Shown: piece after piece, positions 43,296 to 56,074 of the stretch
Layout: each line of letters starts with the position of its first letter
Numbering within the stretch: the stretch's first letter is position 1
Origin: Eledone cirrhosa
Taxonomy: Eukaryota
Direction of reading: 5' to 3'
Assembly (NCBI GenBank): GCA_964016885.1
Contig: OZ024740.1
Location: forward strand, 351,168,001 to 351,232,000
DNA: 64,000 nucleotides
Position numbers and translations under genes: made by a program
The notes under the pieces: model-generated
Databases searched by the model: none
What the model was told of the DNA's origin: nothing
What the model saw: only the letters and a program-made list of their open reading frames with translations

Positions 43296-43396
43296 TGAAG
43301 TTTCCGTTGAAAATTAAAAAAGTCATAGGAGTGAAGAGTGCTCTATGTAAGTACCAGAGCAAAATTTAATGTATAATAAACAATACAATATAATTA

Positions 43397-43464
43397 CCTC
43401 ATTACCAGAGGTTTCCAGAATAAGACGAATACGAAAAACGTCCTCATTCGTTCGTCGGACAAGG
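43397..43464 (-). ncRNA. Hammerhead variant (core CCGACGA)
   Basis: Minus strand: ccttgt CCGACGA ac gaatgaggacg..cgtcttattc tg GAAA cc-tct-gg TA atgagg. Confidence 0.65.
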
Positions 43465-43990
43465 CAATTTAAAACATAGTGAAATATTTGAAAATCTCCT
43501 CCAGAAATGCAAGAGTTTAACGGGCAAAAAATATATAAATAAAAGTAATGCAAGAGATATATAAAAAAATAAGGAAATATAGTTAGGGTATGTGTATATG
43601 TATGTATATACACTCACAAATGTACATATGTGTGTATGTACAAATGCATGTGTATGGTGAAAATGTGTGCGTAAGTACATATATGAGGGCAAGTATATTT
43701 GTGTATATGTGACCACAAATACGTATATAATATGAGTTGAAAAAGAAATTGTAAGATAATATAGTTAACACGCATCCAGATACAGGTATTAAATACACAT
43801 ACGAGTATGAAAGCACGCGTATAAACACACACACACACGGTCACTTATATGCGGAAGATAAAGAGGGAAGGGAGTGTAATAGTAAAAAGAAGTGTCATTC
43901 TCGATATATGTATAAAAATGAAACAATATATGAGAATGAAAAAATTCTTTAAATGATTTAAAAATGTTTTTAAATGATATATATATATAC

Positions 43991-44037
<47 letters not shown>

Positions 44038-44284
44038 AATGATGAAAATGTATTTGTCTGTGAAAACAAATAGACATTGATTTGAAAAGGTACAAAGGTA
44101 TATATATAATCAACTCTATTATAACTGATAGCGAAATTGCTATCATCATTATATGTGTGTGTGTATATATATACATCTATACGTGGATATTTTACGTCTT
44201 GATGTGGTAGCTAAGTATATGTTATATTTATACCATTACTTATTTGCATAGGTAAGAATATATTACCTGTATGTTTTGTGAAGG

Positions 44285-45192
44285 TACGTATACCCATTCT
44301 TTTCGTTATCCTCTAAGAAGGAATATGACGTCACTTTCAGCTTATATCTGGAGTCTAAAAGACAACCACACCCAATATAAGTTACACTGGGAGATCCTAG
44401 CTAGGGCTAGATCGTATAACGGAAATAAAAGACCATGTGACCTCTGCGCCGCTGAGGCCCTTGAAATACTCTACGCCACAGACCACATCTTAAACAAAAA
44501 ATCTGAGGCAATTTCGGCTTGTAAACATAAATTGCACAAAACTTTCCTGTATTACAGCCCCACTTACACAAAGTACGTATCTGTTTGCGTGTATGTATTT
44601 ATTTGTTTCTATTACTTCTGTATTGTATTTATTTACTTTGTTCTTAACTCTGTAGCGGAGATTCATTTGGTTTCCTAGTTAGAATTTTAGTCTACGACTT
44701 CTGCTATACCATTTACGTGGTTTTGTCTTTGCGTGCTATTGTTCTCCACGCTCCACATATGACTTATTATCTTCGTATTTTCGTTCATTGCCAGAGAACG
44801 TCTCTATGCACCACCTAAGAGAACATTAGTCTACGACCTCTTTTATACCATAAACGTGGTTATGTCTTTGCGCGTAATTGTTTTTCACCGCTCCTATTAA
44901 TGACGTATTATTCGTTTTTTCCCGTTCTTTGCCAGCGAACGTTTCCAGGAACCAAAGTATCGTCTTCCTGTCTTCCTCCGGTTGCAACGTTTTTTGAAAT
45001 ATCCAGTTCTGCGTTTACAGATTGACTTTGTTAGTTTCAGAAGATCCCGTTAAGGGTGAAAGCAGCGATTCTTTGCTTAAACTTTAATCTGTTATTTTAA
45101 TAAATATTTACTCTACGGTTCTTATATATTTGATATATATTTTCCTTATCGAGACCTCTTTGGATTTTAGTCTTCAATTTTATTATTATTAC

Positions 45193-45195
<3 letters not shown>
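44285..45195 (+). mobile_element. 5'-truncated PLE: GIY-YIG C-terminus, 3'UTR with a ~140-bp internal duplication, and pseudo-LTR
   Basis: HSFRYP..TSLSAYIWSLK..W.ILARARSY..CDLCAAE..LNKKSE.ISACKH; ends in (TA)n. Confidence 0.88.
45033..45083 (+). ncRNA. Hammerhead variant (core CAGAAGA)
   Basis: agttt CAGAAGA t ccc-gttaa-ggg t GAAA gcag-cgattct-ttgc TT aaact. Confidence 0.75.
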
Positions 45196-45239
<44 letters not shown>

Positions 45240-45384
45240 TACAACAGCGGTCCAACGAGCCATTGATTACAGAGTCGGTCTAGATCGATACAGAACGAAC
45301 CTTGAGGTGATCAATAGCGAAACGCGAATCATCAACCAATAAACGCAATGAAAGAGTAACCATTCGTCCTTGTTTTATTATATA

Positions 45385-45838
45385 CTAGAAGTGTTACCCG
45401 GCGTTGCACGGGATAAGGTATTTTGGAACGCGGGCCGCCAACAGACCTAATCGTGGAAAAACTGCATGCCTGGACAATATGTAAGGAAAATAAACCGGAC
45501 ACTCTGATGGCTGGATAATCTTTAAGATTTTCCTCGATGAAGCAGCAAAAATACTGGTTTTAACCTAATGCTGGCCCCAGGCCATAAAAAGTTGGATTTT
45601 CTTTGCTTGCGGTATGGAGAAGCGACTGACTAATACATAGTTACAATTTCAAGGAAATCGGTCTGACGTAACGCCTCAAAAACCCCTAAAAACCTGAAAA
45701 AACGCAGTTTTTCATCTAATGGATAAAAAAAGTTTAATTGCTTTATGTGCATAACACTTCCTGAAACATAAGTAATACACATGTAAAGTTTGAAAAAAGT
45801 CGGTTGGGTACTTCTCGAGCTTTAGGGATTCAAACTCA

Positions 45839-45901
<63 letters not shown>

Positions 45902-46168
45902 AGACAGACATCCTCGGGGAAGTGACGTAATGCAGACAGCAGACATACAGACAGATATTATAAGGGCGCGACGTTATATGAATGTATCTATCAAAAAAGA
46001 GAAAGACTAAGAATTATAGAGTGAGATCGCTAAATCGCCTAATGCGGTCCCTAGGGCATTGAAAATTAGAAATGTTTTTTGCTCAAAACACTCCCTGAAA
46101 CATAAGTATTACATGTGTAAAGTTTGAAAACAGTCGGTTGTGTGCTTCTTGAGTTTTAGGGATTCAAA

Positions 46169-46229
<61 letters not shown>

Positions 46230-46238
46230 CCTCAGTTT

Positions 46239-46283
<45 letters not shown>

Positions 46284-46284
46284 A
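45385..46284 (-). mobile_element. Non-autonomous Helitron
   Basis: Minus-strand 3' end cccgtgcaacgccggg hairpin, then CTAG followed by T; internal ~150-bp duplication with (CA)n; 5' end approximate. Confidence 0.7.
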
Positions 46285-46479
46285 CTTTAAAGGGTCAAGT
46301 CAATGTTTGTTTTATTTGGTTAGAGGATATTCCCCGTATTATTACACCAGTTCTCTCACGTTAACTTACTTTGTTTAATAATACGATTTTCATAGATTTT
46401 CTCTTTGAAAAATCTTACTCTGGAATTAGATTCTTCTGTTCAAAATCAATTTCCAACACATGAATGAGCAATACATAAG

Positions 46480-49110
46480 ATCAAGAAAATATTGTTTGCA
46501 ATGCAAGAAATTCTCTGTTTTTGATCTCTAGGCTTCATCTTAATGCAACTGATTTACACGATTTGAGAAATAACTTCCAACATCTTTGGAAATCTGTTAA
46601 TACCCTTCATATGAGTATATTAATTATACATTCACTTTATTATATTATTATGTCAGGGTGATCTACACTAATTGCTTCTTTACCTCCATTCACTTTTATG
46701 TTCTCAATATTTAACTTAGAAACTCTTTGTAGCTTGCAGCACAACCATAATGTTCCAGTTGCATGCTTGCATAATACACGTTAGTTATTAAATATTTCCA
46801 ATGAAGAAGAAACCAGATTCCTTTAACTTGTGTTAAGTCTTAGAACCACAACTTTTCCATATTTGTCAACACGAACAATTATACCTACAATAATCGGTTC
46901 AAATAGGAAACTGTAATATTCAGGCAGTAACTACTGTTTGTAAGCAGCTCTTTAGAATTGTCTCTGTGGCCTTGACTCGTGATTATGTTTATTTGTCACT
47001 TCCCACTCCTCTGGAAGTGTGTAATAGTAAAACCAGCTCTGGTAGTTGTTGAATATGGAATACCGTGGAACAATTTCAAATAAGGAAATCATGAGAAATT
47101 AGTCCAGCTCGTTGCGGCATTGGCTACCTCACTGTTCTGTCTGTCTGTTTGTTTGTATGTATGACGTGGAAATATTCGTTTTTATTTTGTTTTATACGCT
47201 ACTTGATACTTCAGCAATTTTTCTGAGTATTATTTTCTTGTGGCTATGTCATGATACACAAATAAATTTGCGTTTAATATTTCAATTCAAGTATTAGATC
47301 TAGGCGCTTTGCTGAGCATGTTTCTTTTAACTGGTACTCAAAATCCCAGACTAACTTTGATCTGTCATTTTTCTTTATACCAAAATGTACCTTCGTTTAA
47401 CAGTTCCTGCTCTTTTGCTCATGCTACAGCAAATATCATAAGGGCATTGTTATGCCCCAGTATTTACTCCCTTCCTGCTAATACCTTTCAGTCAGTTACT
47501 AAATAGTGAACTGTCTCCTTTAGCTCCATGTGTAATCTACTATCGTCTGTTTCAGTTGGCAGGCTTCAACTGATTTTCCATTTCCCACTCTCCACCACCT
47601 GTTCTTGTATGATCAGTATTGTTGCTTTCCTCTCTGGAACTAGGCTGCTTTGAAGTCATTTATTACTCTATCATTCGAAATACCGCACTTTGCCTGAACT
47701 AGCAAACAATTTGTTGTTTGGAGTGCTTCCTTATTCTTCAAAGTCGTCAATAAATTGTGGGTTCTTTTTACAATTCTTTCTCTAGGCGGTCCCATTCTAT
47801 GTCCTACTAATTCTTCTTCTTCTTCTTCTTCTTCTTCTTCTTCTTCTTCTTCTTCTTCTTCTTCTTCTTCTTCTTCTTCTTCTACACAAATAAATTGAAT
47901 TTTTTGTTTTTGAGGACGTGTCATAACTAGTTCCCTCAGGGATCAAAGTCTTTTCTGATGATTCTTGTTGTATCTATAATGACAGGATCGCTGTCACTTA
48001 TTTCGAACCGTCGTTGACGCGATATGTCCCCATCTTGAGCCCTAGCTATACAATCATGGTGACAGATTTATACAATCATGGTTACAGATTTATCCTTCTA
48101 ATTTCACATTCTGTATTTGGTGTTCTCACTCTGTCAATTTTTCGCTTTAATAATACTTGTATTTGGGCAACTATGATTAGACATTTAGTTTATTTATTCA
48201 ACTAACCATTTTCCAGCCACAACCATAATTCTCTGCTACTGATTCCTTGGTTTATCTGAAATGCTGTTCATGGAGGTCTTTTCCCAAATATTTCTTTCTT
48301 TTCCTCCTTTACTCCTCTTTTTGTATGCTATTGCACTTTTAACTTCTTTCTTGGCCCCTTTGTTGAAGATATTATTACATATTCTTCCAGATTAGTTTTT
48401 GCCATATCAGCGCAATCTTCTATAGAAATTAAATCTGTTTCCTCGTCTCTCCTTGGTAGATATAATCTATACACACAGTATTTTGGATGAAATGCTCTGT
48501 ACATTGTCATAGTCTTTCTATCAATCTGTTTGAGTTGTTATCTTGGTTAATGGCTGGAAAATACATTGTGATTTTACGGGGAAACCACTTTTTAGCATTT
48601 TTTTTTATCGTATTACATTTGTTAATATAAATAAATAAATAAGTAAATAAGTGTTGATGTTCTCTTTCATACACTCACTACTTCCTTCTCTCACGCAATT
48701 GGTTTATTCAAGAATACAGCAGAATATAGCAATATTGCCCAAGTATTAATTGCTGTGATACTTCTTTCTCCATTAAGTTCAGAATTTAATATTTTATTTA
48801 CTCTCCTAAAATATTCTTTCCTGCCATTTTCTTTCATCACTTCACACATTATTTTATCCACACCTAAATTACCCAGATGATTGTAACTTCCGACTTCTCC
48901 CAACGCTTTTATCACTGTGTCATCAAGTAGCTTTATACCTCAGATGTTGTTATTTTCCCTCGCATAGGTACTAACATTGTACATTTATCTATTCCAAATT
49001 TTTATTTCTATATCATTGCTTACTATACTTACCATTTGAACTAATGAGTCTAGTGCCTTCTCATTTTTAGCAAACAGTTTCACATTATCCATAAAAATCA
49101 AGTGATATTA
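46480..49110 (-). mobile_element. Degenerate R4/Dong-like LINE fragments (RT motif C to thumb, plus more upstream pieces)
   Basis: Minus strand HLIFMDNVKLFAKNEKALDSL, FGIDKC, ITAINTWA, MTMYRAFHPK..RLYLPR; the 46480-47950 part is less certain. Confidence 0.65.
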
Positions 49111-49120
49111 TTATTATATT

Positions 49121-49830
49121 GCTGGCCTTGTGCCTAAAGTAGAAACAATTATTATTATTATTATTATTATTGGATTGGCAGTATCGGTAGAGTGTCGGAT
49201 CATGCTTTCCAGCATAGTTACGTCCTTTTACGGTCTGAGTTCAAATCCCGTCGAGGTTGACTTTGCCTTTCATCCTTATGGGGTCGATAAAATAAAGTAC
49301 CAGTAATGCACTGGGTAATTGCTGGCCTTGTGCCTAAAGTAGAAACAATTATTATTATTATTATTATTGGATTGGCAGTATCGGTAGAGTGTCGGATCAT
49401 GCTTTCCAGCATAGTTACGTCCCTTTACGGTCTGAGTTCAAATCCCGTCGAGGTTGACTTTGCCTTTCATCCTTATGGGGTCGATAAAATAAAGTACCAG
49501 TAATGCACTGGGTAATTGCTGGCCTTGTGCCTAAAGTAGAAACAATTATTATTATTATTATTATTGGATTGGCAGTATCGGTAGAGGGTCGGACGCCATG
49601 CTTCCAAGCAGAGTTACGTCCCTTTACGATCTGAGTTCAAATCCCGCCGAGGTTGACTTTGCCTTTCATCCTTACGGGGGTCGATAAAATAAAGTACCAG
49701 TAATGCACTGGGTAATTGCTGGCCTTGTGCCTAAAGTAGAAACAATTATTATTATTAGTATTATAAAGTACCAGTAATGCACTGGTATATTGCTGGCCTT
49801 GTGCCAAAAGTAGAAACAATTATTATTATT
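49121..49830 (+). repeat. Head-to-tail array of the Meta/MESC-like SINE (period ~197 bp, 3 units plus partials)
   Basis: Units start near 49171, 49368 and 49565, separated by (ATT)n. Confidence 0.92.
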
Positions 49831-49989
49831 ATTTGAAATTTCCTTTGAGTTCTGCTTCTTTCCCAAATCTTACCAAATGTCAATTTGACACCTGAGGCAA
49901 AATGTTATAATATACACATTTTACAATCAATTGTCATACAAATGATGCCACAGGGGCACAAACAACAGTAAAGTCTTTGCAAGGGCTTT

Positions 49990-50480
49990 AAATTGATAAT
50001 ACCCTTCTCAGGACATGGACAGTGCCACTTAGCACTATTTTCAGTATCTCTTGCAGAGATAGCTTTCCTGGTATCCGGTCCAAATATTTTTCAGTTCTCT
50101 TTTTTTTATCATTCTAAGTGCACGGATTCTCACTAGTAATGTACAGGCTTTAAGATACAACATTTTCTCAATTTCAATTGATACATCTTTATACTTAGTG
50201 AGCTTTCCGAACTCTTTCGAGGAGAATTTACGATCTAATGGAATGCTCATATCAATTAAGAAACATATTTTCTCTTTATGGTCCTTCACAATTATATAAG
50301 GTCTGTTAGTTTGATTGTTCTATCAGTATTCACAGGGAAATCCTAGAGGGTTGTTACATTTTCGCCTCATGTTACTGCATCTGTGTGATGGTTGTACCAT
50401 TTCCCATTTAGTGCACAGTCTCTGTTTTGCCAACACTTTAATATTTTTTGCGACTTTAATTGCAGAATCGGCATTATAAT
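49990..50480 (-). mobile_element. R4/Dong-like LINE REL endonuclease fragment
   Basis: RPYIIVKDHKEKICFLIDMSIPLD..SSKEFGKLTKYKD (PD..D..K.K..KY pattern). Confidence 0.8.
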
Positions 50481-50648
50481 TTTCAAACTGTATTCCCAGT
50501 TTTTGTGGCATTGGGTTTCCACCTACCCTCCTCACCAGACCATGGTCTGGAGCGTGGGTGGGGCGGGTGGCCGCTTTAGTCGCCGACCACCCGTCCATGA
50601 AACAGGTTTTATATATACCCCCACCCCACACATCACACACACACACAA

Positions 50649-50690
<42 letters not shown>

Positions 50691-50920
50691 TTTATTCACT
50701 TTTTCCATCTCTAGGTGTACATTACCCGGCCTATTCGACTATTATTTATAGTTCATTTGCACTGTGCTTGTCTTCAAAAGGCAAAACTTATTTTCAAATT
50801 TCCACAATGCTTCAAAAATAAATGCAGTCATTTATACATACGTACATACATACATTTACACGCAAAAATTCTAACATACACACATGCAAACACACACACA
50901 CACACACATACCTATACATA

Positions 50921-52191
50921 CTAGCCGTAATACCTGACCTTCCTCGGGAAAGCGTTAGCCGGTGGACAATTGTTAAGAAAATAATAATTGCAACTCTGCA
51001 TAAATATATTATTTAAAACACAACATTAATATTGAGTGAGTGTGTTTGTGCATCCATGTCTGCGTTCTTGATTCGTGCTGTAACATAGTTGTTCGGCAAA
51101 TAGAAATCTATAAAATAAATAATAGATCGAAATATCCTGGAATCGATATGTTCGCCATGGCTCTTTAAGGCATTGTACCTGTATGACCGCAGTCGTGTCA
51201 AATGACTGAAACCAAATTAGCGAAAGATCTGATTAATTTTCATTGTTATTGTTCATTTGCTTAATTGAGTGTATGTGTATGGAGCTAAAAGAGCACTGCA
51301 CTCCTTAACCCTTAAACCTGAACAACACTCAATTAGAGGAGCCCTCACGTTCGATCTAAATGCTAGGTCTCCTATCACCGAAGATCTTCCATGGCAAACG
51401 CACACTTTAAACATAGCTAGAACTGTATTCCAAAGGATTGGCACTTCTCTTCAGATATAGAACATACCGCACTTCCCGGCGTCGTAGACGCTACTATTTT
51501 TCCTAAAATTAGTCTCATAAATCTACCATGGATCCCGGAGGGCGATTTTTATTGTCAAAATTAGGGTGCGTCCTCGTGTACGAAGTGTCTTCGGCGACGG
51601 GAAATACGGTACATTAGCCACCAACTGATCCTGAATCTCAACAAATCTCAAATTATACCCACAATGGAGTAGTGCTCCCACATCAAGGAGGGTACTACTG
51701 CCACACATACAAACATCCTATACTACATCCAGAAAATATCACTCGCCTGATTGGTATAAAATCTCAGATATACATGTAGCAGCCTCTTACTCACATCTTG
51801 ACCACTACTATAGTAGCCTATTACTCATATCTTGACCGCTACTATAATAGCCTCTTACTATAGTAGTCTCTGCTCCTCAGTTCTAATCTCGAGCCCTCTT
51901 TCCTCACACAGCTCTCCTCCTCTCATCATCCATATTGTGTCCAGCCACCCGCTTCCTCAAGGCATCGCACTAATTCCTATGTCAAGTCCTTCCACTTTAG
52001 AACGTCGTGCCCCTGGAATTCGTTCCCTTCAAAAAATATTTCATGCAGAAAGCGAACTGCAAGCATTTAAATTGAATACCGACGACATCAATCCCATCGG
52101 ACTTGTACGGCCTGCAAAGTAAACAAGCGCTGTTATTGCCTCCAGACCTACCATCTAAATAAATCGACAATGATTATTGAAAGTGAAGAGT

Positions 52192-52195
<4 letters not shown>
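50921..52195 (-). mobile_element. Probable Helitron remnant
   Basis: CTAG plus a degenerate hairpin at 50921-50950; decayed helicase-C-terminus-like peptide (LKSHGE..NINVVF*) at 51013-51201; extent uncertain. Confidence 0.5.
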
Positions 52196-52224
<29 letters not shown>

Positions 52225-52231
<7 letters not shown>

Positions 52232-52584
52232 ACTAGAAATTGATTGACATATATATTTATTTAAAATAAACACATGAAACAATCACAGGGGATAATTAAT
52301 GAAATATATACAAGGAGGATTAATCATTTTTTTAAAGTTAATATTTGAAGCTCTAGTTAAACTTTAATTAGTTACCTACCTAGCTATGAGTGATTACACA
52401 CTTTACAAATTATCCTCTCTGATTTTTTCATGTGTTTATTTTAAATATATATATATGTCAATCAATTTCTAGTTGATATAAAATGCTCGGATCTATTTCA
52501 TTGGAATCTTTGAGCTTATTCTACAGTGAATATGGCGCATGTCTCGGACAGGACTCCCTTAATTTAATTTAATTAAATTTATTT

Positions 52585-52588
<4 letters not shown>
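52225..52588 (+). repeat. Fold-back insertion between (TA)n tracts, 73-bp arms
   Basis: 52225-52297 is inverted at 52408-52480; the right arm continues to 52588. Confidence 0.8.
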
Positions 52589-52643
<55 letters not shown>

Positions 52644-52648
<5 letters not shown>

Positions 52649-52802
52649 AAAAGAGTCAGGACCCCGACGGATCTAGCTGTCGAAACGGCCGGAGCTCAGC
52701 CGTTAGGGTCCTAACTCTTTTCCTATTACCCACTCTACTACCCTAAGTATTGAGTACCCTGGTGCGTTATGGCTCACCTGGTATCTTACCACACACTCTT
52801 TG

Positions 52803-52805
<3 letters not shown>
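52644..52805 (+). mobile_element. Short hairpin-headed element carrying the 3' half of a hammerhead
   Basis: Arms 52644-52670 and 52700-52725; GAAA cggc-..-gccg TT. Confidence 0.7.
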
Positions 52806-52850
<45 letters not shown>

Positions 52851-53236
52851 TCACACATATGCTTGTGTGTGTGTGTATGTGTGTGTATCTATATGTGCAC
52901 AAGCGCGTGTGTGTGTGCGAGCGTACGTGCGAGTGTTAGATCTTAAGTGTGTATCCTCTCAGCAGAAACACGCATATTTGCATACATACGTACGCCTGTA
53001 TGTATGTATGCATATTTTTTTCTGTTTTACTTTTTAATGAAGTAGCTTTTGATGTACAATAGATGGTTTAAAACAAAGTAATGAAAATGAAAAGAGAGGG
53101 AGGGGGGTATAAAAATGGAAAGAGAAATATCTAGCGATTGAAAGAGAGAGCGTTCGTTATAACATCACAACAGCGGCGCTTATGAGGAAGAAAATAGTAA
53201 GGATGAGGAGATATAAAAGAGGAAGTGATAGCGATA

Positions 53237-53270
<34 letters not shown>

Positions 53271-53516
53271 AGGAGAGGGTGAGAGAGAGAGGAGAGAGAG
53301 AAAGAGAGAAAGAGAATGATATATGAAAGCGAATGATGAATGGGAAGCGGAGTAAAACAGAGACAATCAGAAGTGAATGCTGTATATATATATATATATA
53401 TACACACATATTATAACACACACACGCACACACATATATATATAACATACATATAAATATACATATATATAACATACATATATACATACATATACATATA
53501 CATATATATATATATG

Positions 53517-54018
53517 CTTTCACCGTATTTTTTTTACTAAAGACTTTTTAGCCTGATAGTGGGGTTTATAACCCTCAGAGAAATGGAAAAAAGATGAGTA
53601 TTGACGAACCCACATCTTTGGTTATCCAGACCACTGTACTACCATTACACCAACACATCACTCATCTTCCATTCAAATTAGAAGCTACATTCTTAGCAAG
53701 TATAATGGCAAGTAAGTATGTTTTGAAACGGCGAGCAAGTTTGAAATTAGAAAATAGAAGCATTCAACGTATGTTTTTGACTAAAGAAATTTTAGCCTGA
53801 TAGTGGGGTTTATAACCCCCAGAAAAATGGAAAAAGGTGAGTATTGACATATATGGGAGTCGAACACACATCTTTGGTTATCCAGACCACTGTGCTACCA
53901 TTACACCAACACATCAACCATCTCCTTCCATTCAAATTAGAAGCAACATTCACAATACGGTGAAAGCTTTTATTTTCTAATTTCAAACTTGCTTGCTGTT
54001 TCAAAACATACTTACTTG
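53517..54018 (-). mobile_element. Tandem tRNA-headed repeat (~240-270-bp unit) with a terminal inversion
   Basis: Unit starts at 53517 and 53759; tRNA-like segment 53845-53917 on the minus strand; 53955-54018 is inverted. Confidence 0.8.
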
Positions 54019-54449
54019 ATATATATATATATATATAAATTCCTCTGTTCGATCTTCCAGAAACCTAACTTGTATACACCACAAGCGGATTTACTTGATT
54101 TCGGATTTACAGAAACCTCACTTGGTTATTCAGTAATTGCCAAGTGTTGGTCCAGGTATGTTATATATACAGATATGTGCATATATGTATGTATATTTTT
54201 ATATGTATATATATATGTGTGTGTGTGCATATTTCCTTTTCTCACTAGTCAGTTCTTTCGTTGCTACAGATCACGCGGCTAAATTAGCGGTCGGTATTTT
54301 CAATTTGCGAGCCCTTTTAAACTGTATGTTATTACTCTGAGGTTTATTCCTTGTCGAGTGCTTGGCTCCACTACTGAAGGCATTCGTTGGCTTGGCTGCT
54401 GATCGAACGTCGAATATGCTGTACTATTGTATATATATATATACATATA

Positions 54450-54488
<39 letters not shown>

Positions 54489-54495
54489 ATATATA

Positions 54496-54563
<68 letters not shown>

Positions 54564-54634
54564 AGTACTTCTTAGCCATTTTGAATTCGTGTCTGGCGGG
54601 GACCACTTTAGAAAATATTCTGTCCTAATGAGTT

Positions 54635-54716
54635 TGTCTCCTGATGAGTTCGAAGCTCGAGATTTTATCCTTAATAGGATATATCAAAAACCGAACGAAA
54701 CCCAAGGGTAGGGACA
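54635..54716 (+). ncRNA. Type I hammerhead ribozyme, canonical core, extended stem II
   Basis: tgtctc CTGATGA gttcg..atcct-taat-aggat..cgaac GAAA ccc-aa-ggg TA gggaca. Confidence 0.88.
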
Positions 54717-55005
54717 TAATCCTGGTATGGGTATAAGCATTTCTTCTAACTTTAATTTTATACCTAATTGTGTATGGTTGATGGCATATTTGATCGATTT
54801 CCACGTGCTGTTGAAATGTTGGGTAAAAATTCTATGGCGGTTGGCTACGAAGAGATTGCTGTCGTTTATTTATCTAGTATTTCTTCATAGGTACCTTTTA
54901 ATCTTATAGCCTGGTCTAATTGGTTTTTTGTGTGGTTAATTATGCTAATTGGGAGAGGAAATGGTGTATATATATTATCAAATGATTCTATGGACATACT
55001 TTATA

Positions 55006-55098
<93 letters not shown>

Positions 55099-55143
55099 CA
55101 TATGCATATATATACATATACATATATATATACATATATATAT

Positions 55144-55339
55144 ATAGGAAAAGAGTCAGGACCTCGACGGCAGAGCTCAAGCTGTTTCGAAGGCTATTTG
55201 TGTCCAGAAATAGCCGTCGAAACGGCTTGAGCTCTGCCGTCGGGATCCTAACTTTTTTCCTATTACCCACTCTACTGCCCAAAGTATCGAGTGCTCTGGT
55301 GCGTGATGGTCCACCTGGTTCCTGACCACACTTCCTTCG

Positions 55340-55343
<4 letters not shown>
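55144..55343 (+). mobile_element. Hairpin-headed element (56-bp arms) centred on a hammerhead stem II
   Basis: 55144-55199 is inverted at 55208-55263; the right arm reads aaatagccgtc GAAA cggc-ttgagctct-gccg TC ggga. Confidence 0.8.
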
Positions 55344-55389
<46 letters not shown>

Positions 55390-55910
55390 TCACACATATG
55401 CTTGTGTGTGTGTGTGTATGTGTGCACAAGCGCGTGTGTGTGTGCGCGTACGTGCGAGTGTTAGATCTTAAGTGTGTATCCTCTCAGCTGAAACACGCAT
55501 ATTTGCATACATACGTACGCCTCTATGTATGTATGCATATTTTTTTCTGTTTTCCTTTTTAATGAAGTAGCTTTTGATGTACAATAGATGGTTTAAAACT
55601 GTTTCAAAGTAATGAAAATGAAAAGAGAGGGAGGGAGGTATAAAAATGGAAAGAGAAATATCTAGCGATTGAAAGAGAGAGCGTTCGTTATAACATCACA
55701 ACAGCGGCGCTTATGAGGAAGAAAATAGTAAGGATGAGGAGGAGATATGAAAGAGGACGTGATAGCGAGAAAGAGAGAGAGAGGGAGGGGGAGAGAGAGA
55801 GGAAAGAGAGAGAGAGAGAGAGAGAGAGATAGGGAGAAAGAGAATGATATATGAAAGCGAATGATGAATGGGAAGCGGAGTAAAACAGAGACAATCAGAA
55901 GTGAATGTTA

Positions 55911-55948
<38 letters not shown>

Positions 55949-56074
55949 CATATATATATAACATACACACACACACACACACACACATTTATATATAACA
56001 TACATATAAATATACATATATATATAAAACATACATATATATATACATATACATATACATATATATATATATAT

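Noticed and set aside
49121-49830. Regularly spaced repeats resembling a CRISPR array
   Set aside because: Whole units repeat with no unique spacers; eukaryotic SINE array with no cas genes
53845-53917. Functional tRNA gene
   Set aside because: Imperfect acceptor and anticodon stems, anticodon loop differs between copies, and it is embedded in a repeat unit
54372-54425. ctgaagg..hairpin..gaat hammerhead-like motif; similarly gaaacgcg plus AATAAA at ~45300-45345
   Set aside because: Two or more core mismatches and no convincing stem I
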